Shown: positions 1-7,584 of the stretch, piece after piece
How the letters are laid out: the number at the start of each line of letters is the position of its first letter
Position numbering within the stretch: position 1 is the first letter of the stretch
Origin: a virus
Lineage: Duplodnaviria > Caudoviricetes
DNA length: 48,204 nt
Direction: 5' to 3' (one strand)
IMG/VR virus record: IMGVR_UViG_3300021185_001469
Location: 1-48,204 of that record
Notes under the pieces: model-generated
Seen by the model: the letters and a program-made list of their open reading frames with translations, nothing else
The model's database searches: none
Told to the model about the DNA's origin: nothing
Program-made: the position numbers and the translations under genes

Positions 1-610
1 AAGCGATGACACTTTTAAATGGTCAAACGATAACTTCACAACAACGGTTGCGGCAAACGTTGCGATAACGGGAAACGATCAGGCTCTTTCAGATGGCATA
101 AGCATCAAGTTTAACGCTACAAGCGGCCACACTGTAGGCGATAAATGGACGGGAACGGCGAACCCTTCAAACGTTGATACGGGCGTATTTTCAAACCGCA
201 ACACGGGAACGAGCGGAGTTGGCTTTACCCATGTCGGTTGGTTCTTTGATGTATCAGACGGGCAGTTTAAGTTCCTTAGTGCGTATGCTCCCAATCCAAC
301 GGGAACGATTGACCTCACAGATAGTTCTGTTGTCTACGCTACGATAAAAGCGGGAACTTTTGTCGGCGCTCTGACGGGGGCTGTAACTGGAAATGTGACG
401 GGGAACCTTACGGGTGATGTTGCTGGATCGGTTACTGGAAACGTCACGGGAAATTTGACGGGTAACGTTACTGGCGATGTTACGGGTGATTTGACTGGCG
501 CGGTCACAGGAAACGTCACAGGAAATTTATCTGGAAATGTCACATCAACAGGAAGCAATAGTTTTGGAACGGTTGCGCTTGGTGATTGGACAATAACAGA
601 AGATGGCAAT
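1..610 (+). repeat. Terminal direct repeat, copy A (diverged allele of 47595-48204)
   Basis: First 96 bp and last 99 bp identical to copy B; central ~415 bp about 83% identical by hand count. Confidence 0.95.
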
Positions 611-712
611 GGCAAGCTTTCGTTTGCACATAGCGGCACGGTCAAGATGACGGTGGATGATACGGGAACAATCGCAGTAGCGAATGACGTTCTTACGGAC
701 GAAACATTCTAA
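2..712 (+). CDS. Tail fibre-like structural protein, C-terminal part (continues the ORF starting at 46477 across the junction)
   Basis: Open frame from position 2 ([10 protein letters not shown]...) through G(N/D)(V/L)T repeats to the stop at 712; same frame and protein as the end of the window. Confidence 0.85.
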   Translation, partial: SDDTFKWSNDNFTTTVAANVAITGNDQALSDGISIKFNATSGHTVGDKWTGTANPSNVDTGVFSNRNTGTSGVGFTHVGWFFDVSDGQFKFLSAYAPNPTGTIDLTDSSVVYATIKAGTFVGALTGAVTGNVTGNLTGDVAGSVTGNVTGNLTGNVTGDVTGDLTGAVTGNVTGNLSGNVTSTGSNSFGTVALGDWTITEDGNGKLSFAHSGTVKMTVDDTGTIAVANDVLTDETF

Positions 713-732
713 GCTAGTAGCGGAGCGCGAAG

Positions 733-2277
733 ATGGCTGTAAAAATTCAAGGAACGGTTGTTATTGATGACAGCCGCAACGTGGTCAACGTAGTCAATGT
801 AGACGGGCGTGATGTTTCCGCAGATGGAACAAAGCTCGACACGGTTGAAACCAACGCAGATGTTACAGATGGCGCTAATGTCGGCGCAGCGCTCACAGGA
901 TACACCACAGAGACATCAATCGCTTCTGGCGACATAATCCCCGTGTATGATACCTCCGCGACTGCATGGCGCAAGGCAACGATTTCGGACGCTATTGCAG
1001 CGGGTCCAAAGGGCCAGAAGGGTCAAACTGGTGTCACAGGGGCCAAGGGGCAGAAAGGCGAGATCGGAGCCACAGGAAGCACTGGTGCCACAGGGCCAAC
1101 TGGACCAAAAGGGCAGAAGGGCCAACAGGGCATCCAAGGCATCCAAGGCATTACGGGAGACACAGGCGCAACAGGACCATCGGGATCAAATGGGTCTAAC
1201 GGGGCCAAAGGTCAAAAGGGTGAGATCGGAGCCACAGGCCCAACAGGATCGGCTGGCTCGAATGGTGCAAAAGGCCAGAAGGGGGAAGTAGGTTCTCAAG
1301 GTATTGAAGGACCAACGGGGCCAACAGGGCCGACTGGTCCAAAAGGTCAAAAGGGTGAGGTTGGAAACACTGGCCCCACTGGGAACACAGGCGGCACTGG
1401 ACCTACTGGACCGAAAGGACAAAAAGGGCAGACAGGGACCACGGGTGCAACAGGTTCGCAAGGTGGAACTGGCCCAATAGGACCGACAGGATTGACAGGA
1501 CCGACTGGCCCTACTGGTTCCACTGGTGGCACAGGTCCGCAGGGTCAAAAAGGACAAAAGGGCCAGACTGGTAACACGGGCGGCACTGGCCCCACTGGTT
1601 CCAAGGGGCAAAAGGGTGAGATTGGGGCTACTGGCTCAACAGGGGCGCGTGGACCGACAGGGCCAACGGGTCCAACGGGAGCGAAGGGCCAGAAAGGTCA
1701 AACTGGTTCGACAGGTGGCGCAGGGCCGACTGGCCCCACAGGAGCGCGAGGACCAACCGGACCTACTGGACCCACGGGTCAAAAAGGCCAGAAGGGGCAA
1801 ACTGGGAACACTGGTCCCACCGGATCTGGCGGCCCGACTGGGTCTAAGGGCCAAAAAGGACAGACGGGTTCCACGGGTCCGACTGGTGCGCGAGGCCCAA
1901 CTGGCCCGACGGGTGCGCGTGGACCGACAGGGCCAACGGGTGCGCGAGGCCCGACAGGGCCAACAGGTCCAGCGGGAACACCATCTACTTCATTTGGTTC
2001 TGTAGGTTCTTATCAATGGTTGATTTATAACCCCGTTGGATACAGCCCAAAAGTTGTTGCAAATAGTACATATGCGTCATCAAATTTTGCATCTTGTGGT
2101 GGATTGCGAATGTCGGCTGGCAGTGGATATGGGTCGGGTAACCATACTTACGGAGGGAACGGAAATACTACTGGACCTTCAATATCTGGAACGTGGCGCT
2201 CTATGTCATATGCTTATACTGGCCGTGTTGTAAACACATGGATGCAAGCGGCGGGTCTTTTTGTGAGGATTTCTTAA
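733..2277 (+). CDS. Collagen-like tail/head fibre protein
   Basis: 109 uninterrupted Gly-X-Y triplets (1003-1983) between a short N-terminal domain and a C-terminal domain ending SGTWRSM...GLFVRIS, typical of phage fibre tips. Confidence 0.92.
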   Translation: MAVKIQGTVVIDDSRNVVNVVNVDGRDVSADGTKLDTVETNADVTDGANVGAALTGYTTETSIASGDIIPVYDTSATAWRKATISDAIAAGPKGQKGQTGVTGAKGQKGEIGATGSTGATGPTGPKGQKGQQGIQGIQGITGDTGATGPSGSNGSNGAKGQKGEIGATGPTGSAGSNGAKGQKGEVGSQGIEGPTGPTGPTGPKGQKGEVGNTGPTGNTGGTGPTGPKGQKGQTGTTGATGSQGGTGPIGPTGLTGPTGPTGSTGGTGPQGQKGQKGQTGNTGGTGPTGSKGQKGEIGATGSTGARGPTGPTGPTGAKGQKGQTGSTGGAGPTGPTGARGPTGPTGPTGQKGQKGQTGNTGPTGSGGPTGSKGQKGQTGSTGPTGARGPTGPTGARGPTGPTGARGPTGPTGPAGTPSTSFGSVGSYQWLIYNPVGYSPKVVANSTYASSNFASCGGLRMSAGSGYGSGNHTYGGNGNTTGPSISGTWRSMSYAYTGRVVNTWMQAAGLFVRIS

Positions 2278-2697
2278 ATGGTTGAAATTACTGAATATCG
2301 TGAGGCTGTAAAATATAATGACGGCATCATGACCGTGCAAATAAGGCATCCTGATTTTGGCTGGATTAAATACACGATAAATCAATATGATCTCGACAGC
2401 ACGATTGACAACGAAGCTTTGCTTGCTCTTATTGGAGATAATTATTCTTTAGCCTCTGGGCAACTTTTGCATGAGTGGAATATGGGTATTGCTATAACCA
2501 GATGTAGGGAATTTGTTATGGCTATGGAGGGCATCCGAATTAATTTAACTGATGATAAAATAGAGATATTGGACGCATATATAATGAAAACAAATGATGC
2601 TATTCATTCTTTAGATTATCAAATATCTGACCCATTCCCCCCAAGTGGGGAGCCTGATTTCTTAATTGATCATGGGATTAATGTGAAAGATTTTTAA
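2278..2697 (+). CDS. Putative tail fibre assembly chaperone
   Basis: Abuts the fibre gene; IRHPDFGWIKYT motif resembles fibre-assembly proteins. Confidence 0.55.
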   Translation: MVEITEYREAVKYNDGIMTVQIRHPDFGWIKYTINQYDLDSTIDNEALLALIGDNYSLASGQLLHEWNMGIAITRCREFVMAMEGIRINLTDDKIEILDAYIMKTNDAIHSLDYQISDPFPPSGEPDFLIDHGINVKDF

Positions 2698-2718
2698 AAA
2701 CATCTAGGAGGATGTTGA

Positions 2719-3504
2719 ATGAGGTTCAGAGAACCAAAGATTACTTTTTACGGCGAAAAAGAATTTATCGACTGCTTTCCAACTCCCGATAAATCGGCAA
2801 AGTTTATGCCCTCTTGGTATAAAAAAATGCCCGTGAATTTGAATAGTGGATCAAAGCAAGATCATGGAACAGTAAAAACCTGTGTTCCGTTTAGGGATGC
2901 GATGACAAATGGATTTATAGTTCCCCTTTGGCATAGTGTTGACATTGCGGTTCGAGATGATGGAGCTTTGGCGGCTAATTTCCCATCTGACCTTTCAAGA
3001 GATTTGTTGGCGAGGTCATCAGATAAAGGAGAAGTTCCAAATTTTGATGCGGAATTAGGTTCAGTATCTGGGCATCCACCAAATCAATTCTCAGATTTCG
3101 CCTCTATTGATCGAAGCGTTTACAAAAATTCGACCAGTATAATTAAGTTTCACAGCCCTTGGATTTGTAAGACAAGAAAGGGTTGGAGTATTTTGGTCAA
3201 GCCGATTGCAAATAATTTTATGAACCCAGTCGTTCCGTTCGAAGCTGTGATCGACACCGATCGTTATAATGTAAAGCTTAATTTTCCCTGTTTTGTGCGA
3301 ACCGATAAAGATATATTTAGCCTAAAAATGGGTATGCCATTAGCGCAGATTATACCTTTTAAGCGGGAAAAATTTTCATCGGGCATTAAGGAATTGAGCA
3401 AAAAGATTGATAGAGAAAACAGCCTATCAAGAAAAATGTTAAATTTGTACGGTCGCAATGCTTACAGAGATTTATTCTGGCATAGGAGGAGAAATGCAAA
3501 ATAA
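2719..3504 (+). CDS. DUF6065-like conserved phage protein (paralogue of 45170-46018)
   Basis: P.WYK, TVK.C.PF.DA...G.I.P, KF.SPW, IDTD.Y...NFP and G.P..QIIPFKRE motifs; GGAGG RBS. Confidence 0.7.
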   Translation: MRFREPKITFYGEKEFIDCFPTPDKSAKFMPSWYKKMPVNLNSGSKQDHGTVKTCVPFRDAMTNGFIVPLWHSVDIAVRDDGALAANFPSDLSRDLLARSSDKGEVPNFDAELGSVSGHPPNQFSDFASIDRSVYKNSTSIIKFHSPWICKTRKGWSILVKPIANNFMNPVVPFEAVIDTDRYNVKLNFPCFVRTDKDIFSLKMGMPLAQIIPFKREKFSSGIKELSKKIDRENSLSRKMLNLYGRNAYRDLFWHRRRNAK

Positions 3505-4027
3505 ATGGCTTTTCTGGCGCAGTGAAGTTCCCGATGATATTATCGGTCATATTTTGAAGAAAGCGCAACAAGCGGAGATTGATAGGGGCGAGGTTTTTAG
3601 CGGTGATGGTAATGATGTAAGATCAAGCCGTGTTGGCTGGCTTACTGGAGATTTAGAGCTTCAGTTGTTACTTTATCGGTATGTAGACTTAGCTAATCGG
3701 GAGTGGGGTTTTAACGTATGGAACCAAGCCGATATTCAGTATACCGAATATCATGCATCTGAGGATGGTCATTACACATGGCATCACGATGTGAATTTTT
3801 TATCTGATAGACATCGGAAGATTTCAGTCACGTTACAGCTTTCAAGCCCTTTAGATTATGAAGGCGGGGATTTCGAATTTGCTGAACAAGAAAGCCCAGA
3901 CTTCTCTGCAAAAGAAAAGGGAACGGTTTTGGTATTTCCAAGCTTCTATCACCATAGGGTTACTCAAGTGACAAAAGGAACTAGGAAATCTTTGGTGGCA
4001 TGGTTTGAGGGGCCAGTATGGCGGTGA
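3494..4027 (+). CDS. 2OG-Fe(II) oxygenase, prolyl-4-hydroxylase-like (2OG-FeII_Oxy_3)
   Basis: HHD...RKIS...YEGG...FPS...HRVT.V..G.RKSLV.W signature; AGGAGGA RBS before ATG 3494. Confidence 0.92.
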   Translation: MQNKWLFWRSEVPDDIIGHILKKAQQAEIDRGEVFSGDGNDVRSSRVGWLTGDLELQLLLYRYVDLANREWGFNVWNQADIQYTEYHASEDGHYTWHHDVNFLSDRHRKISVTLQLSSPLDYEGGDFEFAEQESPDFSAKEKGTVLVFPSFYHHRVTQVTKGTRKSLVAWFEGPVWR

Positions 4028-4587
4028 TTGAAGAACTTTTCCCTCATAAGGTTTACATGCAAGAAAACCTTTTGGACGAACAAAGTCATGCTAAATGTTT
4101 AGCATCGGCAGAGAAATTATATGAAAGTTATGACGGAGATAATGATTTCGGATGTTTTGTCTGGTCATCTATCAATGAAAAAACACTGCATAACGATCCA
4201 GAATGGGATTTTCTTACTGAAAATGTTTCTCGTCACATTGAATGGTTTGCAAAATATTTCGACGCATCAAAGCCATTTGAGTGTAAAGGTGCGTGGCTGA
4301 ATGTTTACGAGAGAAACTTTTATCAAGAAAAGCATACACACCCAAGGACGCATTTCAGCGCAGTTTATTTTTTAGAGGCGAATGAAGATGCCGCTCCACT
4401 TGCTATATGCAATCCTTTTGAAAACCAGCTTCCAATAGAAACACATGAGGGCTTTGATACAATCCAGATAATTCCACCAAAACAAAACTCTTTGATCATA
4501 TTCCCCTCATATCTTCCCCATTACGTTCCCTCAAATGTAAGCGGACGAAGAATGACTGTTGCTTTTAATTATTTGCAAACTCTTTGA
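4018..4587 (+). CDS. 2OG-Fe(II) oxygenase, TIGR02466/2OG-FeII_Oxy_5 type
   Basis: W.N...HTHP..SAVYF...IFPSYLPH.V..N...R.TVAFN. Confidence 0.88.
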   Translation: MAVIEELFPHKVYMQENLLDEQSHAKCLASAEKLYESYDGDNDFGCFVWSSINEKTLHNDPEWDFLTENVSRHIEWFAKYFDASKPFECKGAWLNVYERNFYQEKHTHPRTHFSAVYFLEANEDAAPLAICNPFENQLPIETHEGFDTIQIIPPKQNSLIIFPSYLPHYVPSNVSGRRMTVAFNYLQTL

Positions 4588-4604
4588 TCGGAAAGGTGGG
4601 AACG

Positions 4605-5255
4605 ATGGATGTAAAAGAATTTAACTTATTAGGAACCCGCGCTTTTCAAATAGATAATTTTTATGACAATGTGGGGTTTATCATGGACGTTCTTTTATCT
4701 GGGCCTACAAATCAGGTCATTACAGAGCATCCCCTGCACGGGAAAGAGTTTTATGACCTACGCCACCACAGGAAAGAACCCACCCTTAAAAAATATACCG
4801 ATCAAGTTGTCGCCCTTTTAAACGATACAAGTTTTGACGTTTATAGAGAAGATGGCGTCGATGTTTTAGATACCAACTTTATGCGGTGGAAGAAATCCGA
4901 CTGGAATAATTACGAAGATAATTTTTGGTTTCCGCATTTAGATAATGGGTGGGTTTGTTTGGTATATCTGAATGAAGCTGAAACAAATGGAACCAATATT
5001 TACGAAGATAAATATGGCAGTATTTACAAATACGGCGGGCGTGTAACGCAGGAAGATCGTGATCCTTGGAAGCGCAAGTCTGATTTTGAACTGGTAGATT
5101 ATCTTGAACCCAAATTTAACAGGGGCTTTCTGTTTGATGCTTCTAAGGTTCCACATGGCGCTGCGGTTAATGACGAAACATATTTCTTCACAGAAGCGCA
5201 AAGGGATTATGGAAGGCATAGATTAAATCAGGCTTTGTTCTTTTTCCCTTCTTGA
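4605..5255 (+). CDS. DUF6445-like putative 2OG-Fe(II) oxygenase
   Basis: IDNFY, PHLD, LVYLN..GT, KFNR..LF...HG, RLNQ..F motifs. Confidence 0.72.
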   Translation: MDVKEFNLLGTRAFQIDNFYDNVGFIMDVLLSGPTNQVITEHPLHGKEFYDLRHHRKEPTLKKYTDQVVALLNDTSFDVYREDGVDVLDTNFMRWKKSDWNNYEDNFWFPHLDNGWVCLVYLNEAETNGTNIYEDKYGSIYKYGGRVTQEDRDPWKRKSDFELVDYLEPKFNRGFLFDASKVPHGAAVNDETYFFTEAQRDYGRHRLNQALFFFPS

Positions 5256-5264
5256 GGCCCAGCG

Positions 5265-7031
5265 GTGGCTATAGTTTATCAAATCTCCCTGCACGGCGAT
5301 GCTTTTGATGCGAGAGGCAAAGATTGGGATCAAATAATAGCGGAGAGCGGATGTAAGCCCGATATGGGGTGGAAAGACCCGCTCCACGGCAGAACCCTGC
5401 TAGAAACAGAGTTTGGTTGTTCAGTGAGCCATTTTAGGGTTTGGCAGAAGATTGTTCGCTCTGGCGTGGCGGGTATTATTCTTGAGGAAGATGCGGTTTT
5501 TTCATCTTTTGATGTTTCAGAGATAGATGGACTTTTAAAATCTTATGATAGCGTTTGGCTAGGTCATAGGGAAAACACCCTCGGATATTGGTATAACGCC
5601 CATGCTTATGCGATAAGTCCAAGGACTGCTTCTATATTGTGCGAAGGGTTCGCGGAAAACGTTATCCCCGCCGATGAATGGTTGCCCCTTAAGCTAAAGA
5701 ATTATTCTAACTATTTTTATCGCCCCGAACTTGTTAAACAGATACCACGGTCAATAAGGCCAAGCACCATAGAAAAGGAAGCAAGAATGCAAACTCACGT
5801 TTTAACGGTAGGAACCGATCAAAGTAGAATGTTTATGCTCGAACAGTCAAGCGAAAGGCATGGGATTAGTTTCTTAAATTTAGGTGATGGGGTGGAATGG
5901 CGCGGCGGCTCTATGTCGGAAACGGGAGGTGGTCAAAAAATAAATCTTGTTCGCAGCCATTTGCAATTTTTACCTGATGATGACCTTGTTTTGTTTTGTG
6001 ATGCTTATGATGTTATAATTAGCGATAACCTCGAAACAATCGTAGAGAGATTTTTGGGCTTTGATTGCGATATTTTGTTCGCGGCAGAAAGGGATTGTTG
6101 GCCTGATAAGGGGCTTGAAAAGAAATTCAAGGAAACTGGAACGGCATATAGATACCTTAATTCTGGTCTTTATATGGGAAAAGTTGAAGCTCTAAAGAAA
6201 TTTTTTCACCGAGACTTAGATGACGCAGAAGATGACCAACTTTGGTCGCAGCTTGCTTTCTTGTCCGGTCCTCATGAACAGAATGTTTTGCTTGATACTG
6301 AGGCATATGTGTTTCAATGCAGCGATCTTTTTTGTCGCGTCCTTGAGGGGCGATTGATAAACGAGATTTGTTCTCCGTGTATTTATCACGGTAATGGAGG
6401 AGAAACAGCTAAACGAAAATTGAATGAAATATTTGATACATTTTCTTATAATCGTGTAGAGGCACCTGATGCGCCGCAATCTTCTGCCTACATAAACACA
6501 CTTGAATATCAAGAAGTCGCAAATGAAATTTTGATAACGCCCCTTTTTACTCAAGAGCAATGTGATGAAATAATTTGGAAAGCCAACAGCACAGGTAAGT
6601 GGCGCTCAATGGAGGGCGATAAGTTCCCAGCGCAAGAAATTAGGGTAAGAGAAATTGGGCTTTGGGAAGAAATCGAAGCGATTTGGAAAGATAAGCTTGG
6701 AAAGATTGCTGAAAAGCATTGGGAGCCTATGGCCCATATTGGGCTTCGTGACGCATTCGTTATGAAATACACTTTAGATACGCAAACAAGCCTCGGATAC
6801 CATACTGATGCCTCTCTTGTAACTGGAAGTGTTAAATTGAACAGTAGTTACGAAGGGGGCCAGTTGGTTTTCCCTAGGCAGAAATTTGATAATAGTTCTG
6901 TTAGTAACGGGGCTTGTATATTATTTCCAAGCGAGGTCACGCATGGTCATAAGGTTGATCCCCTTATATCTGGTGAAAAATATAGTTTAACTATGTGGAC
7001 AAGCCGATTTGAAGGCGATGTGAATGGATAA
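5265..7031 (+). CDS. Three-domain collagen-modifying enzyme: GT25 (COLGALT-like) + PLOD/LH3-type glycosyltransferase + PLOD-type lysyl hydroxylase (2OG-Fe(II))
   Basis: DPLHGRTL...EFGC..SH..W...ILEED...AYAIS...PADEWLP; WRGG...GGGQK...FCDAYD...FAAE..CWP...YLNSG...DDQLW...HGNG; FV.KY...HTDAS...YEGG...THGH. Confidence 0.9.
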   Translation: MAIVYQISLHGDAFDARGKDWDQIIAESGCKPDMGWKDPLHGRTLLETEFGCSVSHFRVWQKIVRSGVAGIILEEDAVFSSFDVSEIDGLLKSYDSVWLGHRENTLGYWYNAHAYAISPRTASILCEGFAENVIPADEWLPLKLKNYSNYFYRPELVKQIPRSIRPSTIEKEARMQTHVLTVGTDQSRMFMLEQSSERHGISFLNLGDGVEWRGGSMSETGGGQKINLVRSHLQFLPDDDLVLFCDAYDVIISDNLETIVERFLGFDCDILFAAERDCWPDKGLEKKFKETGTAYRYLNSGLYMGKVEALKKFFHRDLDDAEDDQLWSQLAFLSGPHEQNVLLDTEAYVFQCSDLFCRVLEGRLINEICSPCIYHGNGGETAKRKLNEIFDTFSYNRVEAPDAPQSSAYINTLEYQEVANEILITPLFTQEQCDEIIWKANSTGKWRSMEGDKFPAQEIRVREIGLWEEIEAIWKDKLGKIAEKHWEPMAHIGLRDAFVMKYTLDTQTSLGYHTDASLVTGSVKLNSSYEGGQLVFPRQKFDNSSVSNGACILFPSEVTHGHKVDPLISGEKYSLTMWTSRFEGDVNG

Positions 7032-7572
7032 GTTCTTTGTCGAGATAGGGGCTGCAAATTTCGATACATTGTTGCCCCTTGCTGACGCTGGTTGGGGTGG
7101 CATTGTAGTGGAGCCAATTCCAAAAATGGCGATGGAGCTTAGAAAGATTTACGCGGATACAAGCGTCAGGGTTATCCAAGGCGCTGTTTCCGACTTTGAT
7201 GGCGAGGTCGAAATTGCCGTGGCGCGTGATGATGGCTCTTGGTTATCTGGGTGTTCGCATATAATTTCAGATACCCATTTAGGATATAAATTGAGCAAAA
7301 GCCCAGACAGGCAAGGTGATTTTGAGCAAACCATAAAATCAAAATGCTTTACACTTGAAACGTTACTCGAACAGGTTCCTAGCGTTGATTTACTAAAGGT
7401 TGATGCAGAAGGTCACGAATTAAATATTTTTTTAAATTACTCCTTCAATGTTAAGCCAAGGATGATCAAGGTTGAACACAAGCACGTTGATGATAAAATT
7501 CTTGCTCGCAAGCTTGCGTTAAATGGCTATTTGGTTTGGACCGAAAAAGATGATATATATGCGATAAGCTAA
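7024..7572 (+). CDS. FkbM family SAM-dependent methyltransferase
   Basis: FFVEIGA, GIVVEP, VDLLKVDAEGHE, IKVEH motifs. Confidence 0.88.
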   Translation: MDKFFVEIGAANFDTLLPLADAGWGGIVVEPIPKMAMELRKIYADTSVRVIQGAVSDFDGEVEIAVARDDGSWLSGCSHIISDTHLGYKLSKSPDRQGDFEQTIKSKCFTLETLLEQVPSVDLLKVDAEGHELNIFLNYSFNVKPRMIKVEHKHVDDKILARKLALNGYLVWTEKDDIYAIS

Positions 7573-7584
7573 AAGGGGTTCAAA

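Noticed and set aside
1-610. Diversity-generating retroelement (TR/VR pair) as the explanation for the diverged repeat
   Set aside because: Differences are mostly third-position synonymous changes involving all bases, not adenine-specific, and no reverse transcriptase is present.
395-712. Stand-alone 105-aa gene
   Set aside because: It is the C-terminus of the ORF that starts at 46477 and crosses the junction.
1003-1983. CRISPR array or DNA-level tandem repeat element
   Set aside because: Repeats are 9-bp-periodic coding triplets with wobble variation and no unique spacers.
747-2233. Many alternative-frame and antisense ORFs over the collagen gene
   Set aside because: Shadows of GGN-rich repetitive codons that lack stops; no RBS or family motifs.
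3494-4027. Calling this enzyme the collagen prolyl 4-hydroxylase
   Set aside because: The collagen has essentially no Y-position Pro, so the classical substrate is absent; function left open.
3494-7572. DNA hypermodification cluster (TET/JBP oxygenase plus glycosyltransferase)
   Set aside because: Motifs match PLOD/COLGALT and P4H-like families, the genes lie among structural fibre genes, and no DNA methylase or nucleotide-modifying genes were seen. Not formally excluded.
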